From assembly GCA_020725605.1 (NCBI GenBank), contig DYER01000026.1:1-57743 (forward strand): a stretch of DNA of 57,743 nucleotides, read 5' to 3'. Origin of the DNA: Ammonifex sp. (GTDB taxonomy: Bacteria; Bacillota; Desulfotomaculia; Desulfotomaculales; DYER01). Both the position numbers and the translations under genes were made by a program. Positions 47,649 through 57,743 of this stretch are shown here, one piece after another. Below the pieces are notes generated by a model, which did not search any database, had not been told where the DNA came from, and worked only from the letters and a program-made list of their open reading frames with translations. Each line of letters starts with the position of its first letter. The stretch's first letter is position 1.

Positions 47649-49799
47649 ATGCCAACCACCAGCATCGTGGTGCGCAAGAGGGTGGCTGGACTTTTCCTGC
47701 TGACGGTGGTGGCCTTTTTTTTGCTCGCCGGGCGCCTGGCATGGCTCCAGCTGGTTAAGGGAGAGGAACTGCGGCGGCGCGCGCTGGAAGCCCGCATGCG
47801 GGACGTGCCGGTGGAGGCCCGGCGGGGAACGATCTGCGACCGCCATGGACGGGAACTGGCCGTCAGCGTCAGCGTGGAATCCTGCTACGCTTTTCCGCCC
47901 CAGGTCAAAAAGCCGAAGGAAACGGCCGCCCGCCTGGCACCCCTGCTGAAAATGGACGAGGCCAGACTGGAGGCCCTCTTAACACAGCAGCAGGCCTTTG
48001 TGTGGCTGAAGCGCAAGCTCGAGCCCGAGGTGACCAGAGAGATTAAGGCATTGAGGCTGCCCGGTATCGGTTTTGTGGAGGAGAGCCGGCGCTTCTACCC
48101 TCAGCACACCCTCGCGGCCCACGTGCTGGGCTACGTGGGAATCGATAATCAGGGGCTGGGGGGTGTGGAGTACGCCCTGGAGAAGGAACTTCAGGGGGAA
48201 CGGGGACGCATCGTCATCGAGCACGACGCCCTGGGCCGGGCCGTTCCGGATGCCCTCCACTACTACATACCGGCCCAGCAGGGGCACGACGTCCTGCTGA
48301 CCATAGACCAGACCGTGCAGTACTTCGTGGAACGGGAACTGGATAAAATTGTGGCTACCTACCAGCCCCGGTACGCCGTCATAATAGTGATGGACCCGCG
48401 CACGGGCGAGATTCTGGGTATGGGCAGTCGCCCCACCTTCGACCCGGCGCAGTACCAGGAGGTGGCGAGCGAGGTCCGGGACCGGAACCCGGCGGTGTGG
48501 TACAACTATGAGCCCGGATCCACCTTTAAGATCGTTACCCTGGCCGCGGCCCTCGAGGAGCATGTGGTGAACGAGAACTCCCGGTTTTTCGATCCCGGGT
48601 ACATAAAGGTGGCGGACCGCTGGATCCGCTGCTGGTACGACGGCGGGCACGGCAGCCAGACCCTGGCCGAGGTGGTACAGAACTCCTGCAATCCGGGCTT
48701 CATACAGATCGCCCTGGACCTGGGCCGGGAACGCTTCTACAAGTACGTGCGCGCCTTCGGTTTCGGCCATCCCACCGGGGTGGGACTGCCCGGCGAGGCC
48801 GAGGGACTGCTGATTCCCGAAGAGAAGGCCACCAACCTCAACGTGGCCACCATGGCCATCGGGCAGTCCATCGCCGTAACGCCCCTGCAATTGCTCTCGG
48901 CTGTGGCGGCCGTGGCCAACGGCGGAGTCCTGATGAGGCCCCAGATCGTGAAGGTCATCCGAAGCCGGGACGGAAAGGTATTGCATGAATCCCGCCCGGA
49001 GGCGGTGCGCCAGGTCGTCTCCCGGGAAACCGCACGGCAGGTAACGGCCTTACTGGAAAGTGTGATCACGAAGGGTACGGGCCGCAACGCTTTTCTCGAG
49101 ACTTACCGTGCCGCGGGCAAGACCGGTACCGCGCAAGTTGTTGGCGCGGGCGGAGGCTACGTCCAGGGCAAGTACGTTTCGTCGTTTGTGGGCTTCGCCC
49201 CGGTTCAGGATCCCCGGGTGGCCATCTTGGTCGTGGTGGCCGAACCGCAGGGGGGCGTTTACTACGGGAGTATTGTGGCGGCTCCGGCCTTCAAGGCCGT
49301 GGCCCGCGACGTCCTGCGTTACCTGGGCGTGCCCGAGGAGGTGGGCCTGGAGCGGCCGCGGCAGGTGTGGCCTCCCCCGGAGGTCCGGGAAGAGGTGGAG
49401 GTTCCCCACGTGGTTAACATGACGCCGGAGGAAGCCCGGCGGCTGCTGGCCCAGGCGGGTCTCGGTGTACGGGTGCGCGGGGAGGGCAACGTGGTTTCCC
49501 TTCAGATGCCGGTGGGAGGGGTGAAGGTGCTCAAGGGTACGGCCGTGGTACTGGAGTTGGGGCCGCGGGCCCGGGATGGTGCCGGCGAAGTTACCTTGCC
49601 CGACCTCACGGGCCTGAGTATGAAGGAAGTGGGGCGGCTGCTGGAGCAAATGCAATTGCAGCTCGAGGCCGAGGGTAGCGGGGTGGCGGTCAGACAGAGC
49701 ATCCCGCCGGGTCAGCGGGTACCACGGGGGACCACCGTACACGTGGAATTCGCTCCGCCCTCGGCGCAGGATACCCTGGCCAGTCCTTTGCGGGATTGA
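47649..49799 (+). CDS. spoVD: Class B penicillin-binding protein (SpoVD/FtsI-like) with two PASTA domains
   Basis: RGTICDR, YEPGSTFK, SCN, GKTGTAQ. Confidence 0.88.
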   Translation: MPTTSIVVRKRVAGLFLLTVVAFFLLAGRLAWLQLVKGEELRRRALEARMRDVPVEARRGTICDRHGRELAVSVSVESCYAFPPQVKKPKETAARLAPLLKMDEARLEALLTQQQAFVWLKRKLEPEVTREIKALRLPGIGFVEESRRFYPQHTLAAHVLGYVGIDNQGLGGVEYALEKELQGERGRIVIEHDALGRAVPDALHYYIPAQQGHDVLLTIDQTVQYFVERELDKIVATYQPRYAVIIVMDPRTGEILGMGSRPTFDPAQYQEVASEVRDRNPAVWYNYEPGSTFKIVTLAAALEEHVVNENSRFFDPGYIKVADRWIRCWYDGGHGSQTLAEVVQNSCNPGFIQIALDLGRERFYKYVRAFGFGHPTGVGLPGEAEGLLIPEEKATNLNVATMAIGQSIAVTPLQLLSAVAAVANGGVLMRPQIVKVIRSRDGKVLHESRPEAVRQVVSRETARQVTALLESVITKGTGRNAFLETYRAAGKTGTAQVVGAGGGYVQGKYVSSFVGFAPVQDPRVAILVVVAEPQGGVYYGSIVAAPAFKAVARDVLRYLGVPEEVGLERPRQVWPPPEVREEVEVPHVVNMTPEEARRLLAQAGLGVRVRGEGNVVSLQMPVGGVKVLKGTAVVLELGPRARDGAGEVTLPDLTGLSMKEVGRLLEQMQLQLEAEGSGVAVRQSIPPGQRVPRGTTVHVEFAPPSAQDTLASPLRD

Positions 49800-49857
49800 T
49801 GTGGAAGCAGGTTCCTCGCACGGGATATAATAGTAAAGGGGTTTGCCCGAGGTGGAA

Positions 49858-51357
49858 ATGCACGCCCTTCTGTCAGGCCTTGAGATTCTGGCCTGTGGCG
49901 GTCCCACGGACGTTGCGGTGCAGGAAATAATTTACGACTCCCGGCAGGCCGTGCCCGGGTCCCTTTTCGTGGCCATTAAGGGGTTGAGCACCGATGGTCA
50001 CCTCTACATTCGGGACGCGGCGGCACGCGGGGCCGTGGCGGTGGTAATGGAACGGGAAGCGGAAACGCCGTCCGGCATGGCCTGGGTGCGCGTGCCCGAC
50101 AGCCGCCGGGCCCTGTCGCACCTGGCGGCCGCCTTTTACGGCCACCCGGCGCGGCGGCTGAAGCTGGTGGGGGTCACCGGAACCAACGGTAAGACCACCA
50201 CCACCCACCTGCTCGCGGCCATGTATCGCGCGGCCGGCCAGAGGGTGGGCCTCATCGGCACCGTGGAGAACCGCATCGGGGAGCGCGTGCTGCCCGTGAC
50301 CCACACCACACCCGAATCCCTGGACCTCCAGCGGCTCCTGGCCGAGATGCTCGAGGCCGGAGTCACCACGGTGGTGATGGAGGTCTCCTCCCACGCCCTC
50401 AAACTGCACCGGGTGGCGGACTGTGAATTCGACCGCGCCGTATTCACCAACCTCACCCAGGACCATTTGGATTTTCACGGTACCCTGGAGGACTACCTGG
50501 AGGCCAAGGAGAGCCTTTTCCGGGGCCTGGCCGGCGGGGTCAAGGCCGGCCCCAAGTACGCCATCATAAACGGGGACGACGCCCGGGCGGGACGGATTGT
50601 GGCCGCCAGTACCGGTATCAACGTTACCTATGGTTTCGCCTCCGAGGCCGACGTCAGGGCGGAAGCCGTAGAGCTGGGACCTCGCGGCAGTTCTTTCGTG
50701 GTGGAGGGTCTGGGCGCGAGGTTTCCGCTGCGTTTGCGCCTTCCCGGCCGTTTCAACGTGGCCAACGCCCTGGCGGCCTGTACCGTGGGCCTGGTGGAGG
50801 GACTGCCGGTAGAAGTTATAACCGAGGGCCTGGAGTCGGTCCGGGGCGTTCCCGGCCGCTTCGAGCCGGTGGATTGCGGTCAGGATTTCACGGTGGTGGT
50901 GGACTACGCCCACACGCCGGACGGCCTGGAGCAGGTCCTCAGGGCCGCCCGTCCGCTAACGGCGGGGCGCCTGATGGTGGTCTTCGGGTGCGGGGGGGAC
51001 CGGGACCGGACCAAGCGGCCCAGAATGGGCGAGGTGGCGGCCCGGCTGGCCGATTTTACGGTGCTAACCTCCGACAACCCGCGGAGCGAGGAGCCCTTGA
51101 GCATCATCGAGGAAATAGAGGCCGGCTACCGCGTGGTCCGCCGGCACGGCTACGTGGTGGAGCCGGACCGCCGGGCCGCCATCAGGCGGGCCCTCGAGGA
51201 GGCGCGGTCCGGCGATATGGTGGTCATTGCCGGCAAGGGCCACGAGACCTATCAGATCGTGGGGCAGACCCGGATACCGTTCGACGACCGGGAGGTCGCC
51301 GCAGCTACATTGAAAGAACTTCTGGGTGGGTGCCGTGCGGAACACGAAAATCGGTAA
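49858..51357 (+). CDS. murE: UDP-MurNAc-dipeptide--meso-DAP ligase
   Basis: GTNGKTT, MEVSSH, DYAHTPD, DNPR (DAP specificity). Confidence 0.97.
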   Translation: MHALLSGLEILACGGPTDVAVQEIIYDSRQAVPGSLFVAIKGLSTDGHLYIRDAAARGAVAVVMEREAETPSGMAWVRVPDSRRALSHLAAAFYGHPARRLKLVGVTGTNGKTTTTHLLAAMYRAAGQRVGLIGTVENRIGERVLPVTHTTPESLDLQRLLAEMLEAGVTTVVMEVSSHALKLHRVADCEFDRAVFTNLTQDHLDFHGTLEDYLEAKESLFRGLAGGVKAGPKYAIINGDDARAGRIVAASTGINVTYGFASEADVRAEAVELGPRGSSFVVEGLGARFPLRLRLPGRFNVANALAACTVGLVEGLPVEVITEGLESVRGVPGRFEPVDCGQDFTVVVDYAHTPDGLEQVLRAARPLTAGRLMVVFGCGGDRDRTKRPRMGEVAARLADFTVLTSDNPRSEEPLSIIEEIEAGYRVVRRHGYVVEPDRRAAIRRALEEARSGDMVVIAGKGHETYQIVGQTRIPFDDREVAAATLKELLGGCRAEHENR

Positions 51358-52726
51358 GGTGGTGGAGGTCATCGGTGCGCGCCTGCTCCGGGGCGACCCG
51401 GGCACTCCGGTAAGCGGGGTGAGCACGGACTCGCGGTCCGTCCGGGCCGGCGAACTTTTCTTTGCGCTACGCGGCGAGCGCCACGACGGGCACGACTTTG
51501 CCGCGCAAGCAGTGGCCCGCGGGGCCGCCGGGGTGGTCGTCTCCCGGCCGTTATCGCTAGAGTCCCCTGTGGCGGTGTTGCTGGTAGAGGACCCGCTCAG
51601 GGCCCTGCAGGCCCTGGCGGCCTGGTGGCGGGGGACCTGCCGGGTACCGGTGGTGGGCGTCACGGGGAGTACGGGTAAGACCAGCACCAAGGACATGATC
51701 GCCGCGGTGCTGGGCGTTAGAATGCCGGTGTGGAAGACCCCCGGCAATCTCAACAACGAGATCGGCTTGCCCCTCACCCTGCTGGGTTTGGAACCCGGCA
51801 CCGGGGTGGCGGTGGTGGAAATGGCCATGCGGGGACCGGGGGAAATCGCGGCCCTGTGCGACATTGCGCGGCCCACGGCGGGGGTCGTCACCAACATCGG
51901 CGAAACCCACCTGGAGCGCCTGGGTACCGTGGACGCCATCGCCCGGGCCAAGGGCGAACTGCTGGCGGCCATCGGCCCCGAGGGGTTCGCGCTCGTGCAC
52001 GCCGAGAGCCCCTATGCGGAACGGGAGGCGGCCCGCTGCCGCGGGCGGGTGCGGTATTTCGGCCGGCGTCCGGGGGTTGATTTCCGGCTCGTCGACTGGC
52101 GGCCCGAGGGCTACGGCACCCGTTTCACGGTGGAGGTGGCGGGCCGTGTGGCGGAGTTCGCGCTGCCGGTGCCCGGCGAACACAACGTTCTGAACGCCCT
52201 GGCCGCCATCGGGGTGGGATCCGAGATGGGCCTCGGCTTTGAGGAGATTGCCGAAGGCCTGCGGCGCGTGAGCCTGTCGGCCATGCGCCTGGAGATCCGC
52301 CCGTGGGCCCGCGGGGAAATCATCAACGACGCCTACAACGCCAATCCCACATCAACCAGAGCGGCCCTGGCAGTCCTTTCGGACCTGGCGGGAGGCCGCC
52401 CCAGGGTGGCCGTGCTGGGGGACATGCTGGAACTCGGCCCCCGGGCCGAAGCCGGGCACCGCGAGGTGGGGGAGGCGGCGGCCCGGTACGCGGACTATCT
52501 TGTGGCCGTGGGTGACCTGTCGCGATATACGGCGGAAGGCGCCCTGGCGGCAGGTCTGCCGCCGGATCGGGTGTACTGGTGCGCGGACCGGGAGCAGGCC
52601 GCCGGCGTCCTCCGGGACCTCCTGCGGGGGGACGAACTCGTACTGGTCAAGGGTTCCCGGGGGATGCGCATGGAAGAAATCGTGGCCCGGTTGACCCTCT
52701 CCGAGGGTGCGCAAGCCCATGGGTGA
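51335..52726 (+). CDS. murF: UDP-MurNAc-tripeptide--D-Ala-D-Ala ligase
   Basis: GSTGKTSTK, NNEIGLP, NDAYNANP, LVKGSRG. Confidence 0.97.
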   Translation: MRNTKIGKVVEVIGARLLRGDPGTPVSGVSTDSRSVRAGELFFALRGERHDGHDFAAQAVARGAAGVVVSRPLSLESPVAVLLVEDPLRALQALAAWWRGTCRVPVVGVTGSTGKTSTKDMIAAVLGVRMPVWKTPGNLNNEIGLPLTLLGLEPGTGVAVVEMAMRGPGEIAALCDIARPTAGVVTNIGETHLERLGTVDAIARAKGELLAAIGPEGFALVHAESPYAEREAARCRGRVRYFGRRPGVDFRLVDWRPEGYGTRFTVEVAGRVAEFALPVPGEHNVLNALAAIGVGSEMGLGFEEIAEGLRRVSLSAMRLEIRPWARGEIINDAYNANPTSTRAALAVLSDLAGGRPRVAVLGDMLELGPRAEAGHREVGEAAARYADYLVAVGDLSRYTAEGALAAGLPPDRVYWCADREQAAGVLRDLLRGDELVLVKGSRGMRMEEIVARLTLSEGAQAHG

Positions 52727-53702
52727 CTTCGGGTGGGCTTTTCTGGTCTCTTTGGCGGTTACTCTGGCCAGCGGCCCGCTGGTCATTCCGTTGCTCCGCC
52801 GCCTGAAGTTCGGGCAGTGGGTACGCGAGGACGGTCCGGCCCGACATCTCACCAAGGCCGGCACCCCTACCATGGGCGGCATTATGTTTCTGGCCGGAAT
52901 CGCCGTCAGCGGCCTGGTTTTCTTGCGTTCCTCACCTGAGGGCCTGCTCATGCTGGCGGCTACCCTCGGTTTCGGGGCCATCGGGTTCGTCGACGACTTC
53001 CGAAAGGTGGTGTTGAGGCGGCCCCTGGGCCTGCGCGCCCGGGAAAAGCTGCTGGCTCAGGCCCTGCTCGCCGCCCTGGTGGGTGCCATGGCCGTTTCCC
53101 ACCTGGGCCGGGGGACCGATTTCGTGGTCCCCTTTTCGGGCTACGTGGTGCCGGGCGGCTGGCACCTGGACTGGGACTGGTGGATATATCTCATCCTTGA
53201 GGTGCTGGTGATCGCGGGCACGGCCAATGCCGTCAACCTGACCGACGGGCTGGACGGGCTGGCCGCCGGCGTAACCGTTCCGGCCGCCCTGGGCCTGAGT
53301 GCCATCGCCGCCGTCACCGGGCGTTCGGGTGTGGCGGTATTCCTGGCGGCCCTGGTGGGAGGCTGCCTGGGGTTTCTCTGGTACAACCACTACCCGGCCA
53401 GGGTTTTCATGGGGGATACCGGGGCCCTGGCCCTGGGAGGGGCCCTGGGTACCGCGGCCGTGATCACCAGGAGCGAACTTTTCCTGCTGGTGATGGGCGG
53501 GGTATACGTGGCAGAGGCCCTTTCCGTAATTTTGCAGGTGATCTCCTTTCAGCTGACCGGACGCCGTATTTTTAAGATGAGCCCACTCCACCACCACTTC
53601 GAGCTGTGCGGGTGGTCCGAGGTGCGGGTGGTACGTACCTTCTGGCTGATCGGCGTGGTTCTGGCGGCCGTGGGGCTGGCCGGGCTATACCGGCTGGGCT
53701 GA
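52719..53702 (+). CDS. mraY: Phospho-N-acetylmuramoyl-pentapeptide transferase
   Basis: KAGTPTMGG, NLTDGLDGL, FMGDTG, PLHHHFE. Confidence 0.98.
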   Translation: MGDFGWAFLVSLAVTLASGPLVIPLLRRLKFGQWVREDGPARHLTKAGTPTMGGIMFLAGIAVSGLVFLRSSPEGLLMLAATLGFGAIGFVDDFRKVVLRRPLGLRAREKLLAQALLAALVGAMAVSHLGRGTDFVVPFSGYVVPGGWHLDWDWWIYLILEVLVIAGTANAVNLTDGLDGLAAGVTVPAALGLSAIAAVTGRSGVAVFLAALVGGCLGFLWYNHYPARVFMGDTGALALGGALGTAAVITRSELFLLVMGGVYVAEALSVILQVISFQLTGRRIFKMSPLHHHFELCGWSEVRVVRTFWLIGVVLAAVGLAGLYRLG

Positions 53703-53743
53703 GAACCCGGCCGGGGCAATAGCTGAGTTGGGGGCGCAAGGAC

Positions 53744-55102
53744 ATGGACTGGCGTGGCATGAAGGTGACCGTGGTTGGGGCCGGCGAAAGCGGGCTGGGG
53801 GCCGCGGGGCTTTTGCTGTCCCGGGGGGCGCAGGTGACCGTGGCCGACGCCAGCGCACGGCTGGAGCCGGAACGTCAGGCGGCCCTGCAGGAATTGCGGC
53901 GCAGGGGTGCGCGTGTGCACCTGGGCGGGTATCCCGCAGATCTGGGAGACCTGGTGGTGCTCAGTCCCGGGGTACCGTCGACCGTTCCGCCCGTAGTGGA
54001 GGCCCGCCGGCGCGGGATACCCGTGTGGGGGGAATTGGAGCTGGCCTGGCGTTGCGCCCGGGCGCCGGTGGTGGCCATCACCGGCACCAACGGCAAGACC
54101 ACCACCACCGCCCTGATCGGCGCCATCTGCCGGGCGGCGGGCATACGCACCGGCGTGGCGGGCAACATCGGCACGGCCCTGAGCGCGGTGGTGGACCGGT
54201 ACGGTCCCGACGACCTCCTGGTGGTAGAGGTTTCGAGTTTTCAACTGGAGACCGCGGAAACCTTCCGGCCCCGCGTGGCCGTGATCCTCAACGTTACGCC
54301 GGACCATCTGGACCGCCACGGCACCATGGAGGCCTACGTCGACGCCAAGGCCAGGATCTTTGCCCGACAGGGGGAGGGGGACTTCACGGTGCTCAACGCC
54401 GACGATCCCGCGACCCCGGCCCTGGCGGCCCGCACCCCGGGACGCGTCCTCTACTTCAGCCGGCATGGGATTGTGGCCCAGGGCACCGGGGTGGAGAACG
54501 ATTTCATTACGGGCCGACTTGACGGGCGTGTCTTCGATTTCGGGCCGGTGGCCGACGTGGCCCTGCCGGGTGCCCACAACCTGGAAAACTGTCTGGCCGC
54601 CGCCGCGGCGGCCCTGGCCCTGGGCATCGACGCCGACGTGGTCAGGCACGTCCTGCGGGGCTTTCCCGGGGTTCCCCACCGCCTCGAGCCGGTGGCCACC
54701 ATCGACGGGGTGCGCTACGTCAACGATTCCAAGGGCACCAATCCCGGGGCCACCATCAAGGCCCTGGAGGCCTTCGACGCCCCCATCGTACTCATCGCGG
54801 GGGGCAAGAACAAGGGGGCGGACTTCAGCGAGCTGGCCCGCAAGATCAGGGAAAGGGTGCGCGCGCTGGTGGTTCTGGGCGAAAGCGCGCCGCTGCTGAC
54901 GGCCGCGGCCCGCGCGGCGGGATGTGAGGTGATTCTGGAGGCCGAGTCCCTGCCGGAAGCGGTCCACCTGGCCAGGGCCGCGGCCCGGCCGGGAGACGTG
55001 GTTCTGCTTTCCCCCGCGTGCGCCAGCTGGGACATGTTCCGCAACTACGAGGAGCGCGGGGACCTGTTCCGGCAGGTAGTGCTTCAACTGGGGAGGGGAT
55101 GA
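53744..55102 (+). CDS. murD: UDP-MurNAc-L-Ala--D-Glu ligase
   Basis: GTNGKTT, EVSSFQ, NDSKGTN, SPACASWD. Confidence 0.98.
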   Translation: MDWRGMKVTVVGAGESGLGAAGLLLSRGAQVTVADASARLEPERQAALQELRRRGARVHLGGYPADLGDLVVLSPGVPSTVPPVVEARRRGIPVWGELELAWRCARAPVVAITGTNGKTTTTALIGAICRAAGIRTGVAGNIGTALSAVVDRYGPDDLLVVEVSSFQLETAETFRPRVAVILNVTPDHLDRHGTMEAYVDAKARIFARQGEGDFTVLNADDPATPALAARTPGRVLYFSRHGIVAQGTGVENDFITGRLDGRVFDFGPVADVALPGAHNLENCLAAAAAALALGIDADVVRHVLRGFPGVPHRLEPVATIDGVRYVNDSKGTNPGATIKALEAFDAPIVLIAGGKNKGADFSELARKIRERVRALVVLGESAPLLTAAARAAGCEVILEAESLPEAVHLARAAARPGDVVLLSPACASWDMFRNYEERGDLFRQVVLQLGRG

Positions 55103-55103
55103 G

Positions 55104-56192
55104 GTGCGCAAGAACCCGCCCGATTTCCTCCTGTTGCTCAGCGTCATCATCCTGGTGGCCCTCGGCGTCATCATGGTTTTCAGCGCCAGCGAATACAGCA
55201 CGCTGGTGCGTTACAACGATAGCTTTTACTTTTTCAAGAGACAGGTGGTGTGGGCCGCCATAGGGTTCGCCGCCATGTTCGTGGCCCTCAATTACGACTA
55301 CCGGCGGCTCAGGCGCTGGGCCGGTCTGGCCCTGATTCTGGCCTTCGTGCTTCTGGTTGCCGTGTTCGTTCCCGGGGTGGGGCGTTCTTCCCACGGCGCC
55401 TCGCGCTGGATCGGGATGGGGCCCCTCACCTTTCAACCTTCGGAACTGGCGAAACTCTGTCTCATCCTGTTCGCGGCCCACCATCTGGCGGGGGCCAGGG
55501 GCCGGATCGGTGAGGTGCGCACCTGGCTGCCCCTGCTGGGGGTCACGACGGCCGCGGCCGGGCTGGTGCTGGCCCAACCGGACCTGGGGTCCGCCGCCAG
55601 CCTGACGGGAACGGTGATGGTAATGCTCTTTGCCGCCGGGCTGCCCTGGGGGCACCTCGTAGCCCTGGGGCTGGCGGGAACGGCGGCGGTGGCCGCGGCC
55701 ATTTATGCCGAATCCTACCGTTTCCGGCGTTTCATGGCCTTCCTCGACCCCTGGCGCGACCCGCAGGGAAGCGGGTTTCACATCATTCAGTCCCTGTACG
55801 CCCTGGGTTCGGGGGGGTTGCTGGGCGTGGGCCTGGGGCATGGGCGGCAGAAACTCCTCTATATCCCAGAGCAGCACACGGACTTCATCTTCGCCGTGCT
55901 GGGGGAGGAACTGGGATTTGTAGGCGCGGTTCTGGTCCTGGGCCTCTTCCTGCTCTTCATCTGGCGCGGGCTGCGGGTGGCCATTACCTCCGGCGACCCC
56001 TTTGCCACGTTGTTAGCCACCGGCATTACGGCCAATATCGGGCTACAGGCCATAGTTAACATCGGGGTGGTTACGGGAAGCCTTCCCGTTACGGGCATTA
56101 CGCTTCCCTTCATCAGTTTCGGCGGCACCTCCCTCATCCTGTCCCTGGTCCAGGCGGGGATACTCCTGAATACCTCGCGTTTTGCGAGGTGA
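55104..56192 (+). CDS. ftsW: SEDS protein FtsW/SpoVE
   Basis: FQPSELAK, QPDLG, PEQHTDFIF, GITLPFISFGG. Confidence 0.93.
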   Translation: MRKNPPDFLLLLSVIILVALGVIMVFSASEYSTLVRYNDSFYFFKRQVVWAAIGFAAMFVALNYDYRRLRRWAGLALILAFVLLVAVFVPGVGRSSHGASRWIGMGPLTFQPSELAKLCLILFAAHHLAGARGRIGEVRTWLPLLGVTTAAAGLVLAQPDLGSAASLTGTVMVMLFAAGLPWGHLVALGLAGTAAVAAAIYAESYRFRRFMAFLDPWRDPQGSGFHIIQSLYALGSGGLLGVGLGHGRQKLLYIPEQHTDFIFAVLGEELGFVGAVLVLGLFLLFIWRGLRVAITSGDPFATLLATGITANIGLQAIVNIGVVTGSLPVTGITLPFISFGGTSLILSLVQAGILLNTSRFAR

Positions 56193-56197
56193 CCCTC

Positions 56198-57313
56198 ATG
56201 GGCGTGCGTTGCGTGGTCACGGGCGGCGGCACGGGGGGCCATATTTACCCGGCCCTGGCCATCGCCCGCGGTTTGCGGGAAAGGTACGGAGCGGAAGTCC
56301 TGTACGTAGGGACCGACCGCGGCCTGGAGGCGGACCTGGTTCCCCGCGCGGGATTACCCTTTGCCGCCATCAGCGCCGGGGGCCTGCGCCGCCGCGTGGA
56401 CCCCGGTAACCTCGCCGTTCTGGCGCGCACGGTGCGGGGTCTTTTTCAGGCTTGGGCCCTGCTGGGCCGCTGGAAGCCCGCCGTGGTGGTGGGCACCGGG
56501 GGTTACGTTTGCGGACCCACGGTCCTGGCAGCCGTGGCGCGCGGAATCCCCACCTTCATCCACGAGCAAAATGCCTATCCCGGGCTAACCAACCGCCTGC
56601 TGGCCGGCCTGGTGCGGCAGGTGGCCCTGACCTTTCCCGAGGCCGCGGCCCACCTGCCGCGTCGGGCCAGGGTCGTGGTCACCGGGCTACCGGTGCGGCC
56701 CGAAATCGTTACGGCGGACCGGGGTGCGGCGCGGCAGGCCCTGGGTATCGATCCGCACACCAGGGTGCTGCTGGTTTTCGGGGGTAGCCGGGGAGCCCGC
56801 AAGATCAACGATGCCATGATCGGGGTGCTGGAGGCCCTCTCCGGCAGACCCGGGGTGCACGTCATTCAGGCCACCGGTAAGGCCGAATACCGGGATTACG
56901 CGGCCCGCCTGGAGGCCGCAGGAATAAAAATTGGCTCCGGTGGGAATATTACCCTTACGCCCTACCTCTACGACATGGCCCAGGCCCTGGCGGCCGCGGA
57001 TCTGGTGGTGTGTCGTGCCGGTGCTTCTACCATTGCGGAACTCACCGTGAGGGGTTTGCCGGCCGTTCTGGTGCCCTATCCCCACGCCACGGCGCGGCAC
57101 CAGGATTACAACGCCCGGGCCTGCGCCCGGGCCGGGGCCGCGGTGGTGATCCCGGACCGGGAGCTTGACGGACCGCGCCTTCTGGCGGTCGTGGGACAGC
57201 TCCTGGGCGACGAGGAACGATTGCGCGCCATGGGGGCCGCCAGCCGCCGGCTGGCGCGTCCGCAGGCCTTAGAGGATATCCTGGGCTGCATAGAGAAGAT
57301 TATGCGTCAGTAG
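56198..57313 (+). CDS. murG: Undecaprenyl-PP-MurNAc-pentapeptide GlcNAc transferase
   Basis: [26 protein letters not shown]. Confidence 0.98.
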   Translation: MGVRCVVTGGGTGGHIYPALAIARGLRERYGAEVLYVGTDRGLEADLVPRAGLPFAAISAGGLRRRVDPGNLAVLARTVRGLFQAWALLGRWKPAVVVGTGGYVCGPTVLAAVARGIPTFIHEQNAYPGLTNRLLAGLVRQVALTFPEAAAHLPRRARVVVTGLPVRPEIVTADRGAARQALGIDPHTRVLLVFGGSRGARKINDAMIGVLEALSGRPGVHVIQATGKAEYRDYAARLEAAGIKIGSGGNITLTPYLYDMAQALAAADLVVCRAGASTIAELTVRGLPAVLVPYPHATARHQDYNARACARAGAAVVIPDRELDGPRLLAVVGQLLGDEERLRAMGAASRRLARPQALEDILGCIEKIMRQ

Positions 57314-57393
57314 CGCCACAGGTACGTTCGGCCGCGCGGGGGACAAGTTGCCCCTCCCGTCGACCCGTGCATAAGATAGAGGCGGGGAGTGGG

Positions 57394-57743
57394 ATGGTGG
57401 ATCTTACGCCACGCTGGGTACACCTCATTGGTATAGGCGGGGCGGGAATGAGCGGTCTCGCCAGGATCCTGCTCGAACTGGGGTGGAAGGTCAGCGGTTC
57501 GGACCTGAAACTTTCGCCCGTGACGGACCGGCTGGTCTCCCTGGGGGCCACGGTCTTTCGGGGGCACGCCGCAGAATATGTGGGGCCCTGCGATCTCGTG
57601 GTGGTCTCCAGCGCCATCAAACCGGACAACCCGGAACTCGCCGCGGCCCGGGCCCGCGGCATTCCGGTGCGGCACCGGGGCGAGATGCTGGCCGAGTTGA
57701 TGAGGCTACGGAAGGGTATCGCGGTGGCCGGGGCCCACGGCAA
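57394..57743 (+). CDS. murC: UDP-MurNAc--L-Ala ligase, N-terminal part (3' truncated; not in ORF track)
   Basis: [38 protein letters not shown]. Confidence 0.96.
   Translation, partial: MVDLTPRWVHLIGIGGAGMSGLARILLELGWKVSGSDLKLSPVTDRLVSLGATVFRGHAAEYVGPCDLVVVSSAIKPDNPELAAARARGIPVRHRGEMLAELMRLRKGIAVAGAHG

Overview
A GC-rich chromosomal segment from a spore-forming anaerobic Bacillota/Clostridia bacterium; the gene content resembles the Peptococcaceae/Ammonifex/Desulforudis/Carboxydothermus group (inference). The core backbone is: leuS (3' part), comEA/comEC, holA, rpsT, spoIIP, a CIRCE-controlled hrcA-[thermosome-like group III chaperonin]-grpE-dnaK-dnaJ-prmA-rsmE-mtaB-HIT-rpsU operon, hslO, htrA, feoA/feoB, dac, fur, an alpha-glucan cluster and the dcw cluster (mraZ to murC, truncated). 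I found no CRISPR array, IS/transposase, prophage, tRNA or rRNA. The most unusual arrangements are: (1) an RtcB RNA ligase inserted between feoA and feoB, with Fur-box-like operators before both feoA and rtcB; (2) an antisense CxxCxxCC (YkgJ-like) gene packed with no gap between comEA and comEC, with SigH-like promoters on both strands (noncontiguous-operon candidate); (3) a GT4 + PIG-L deacetylase + DedA operon (candidate amino-glycolipid pathway); (4) a GH57-GT4 fusion in a DUF4912/GH15 cluster; (5) a deletion scar made of two frameshifted pseudogene halves; (6) a MesB-like core methionine synthase. All family calls come from motif recognition by eye, not from database searches. Several start codons were moved from the ORF track to the position with the best RBS.
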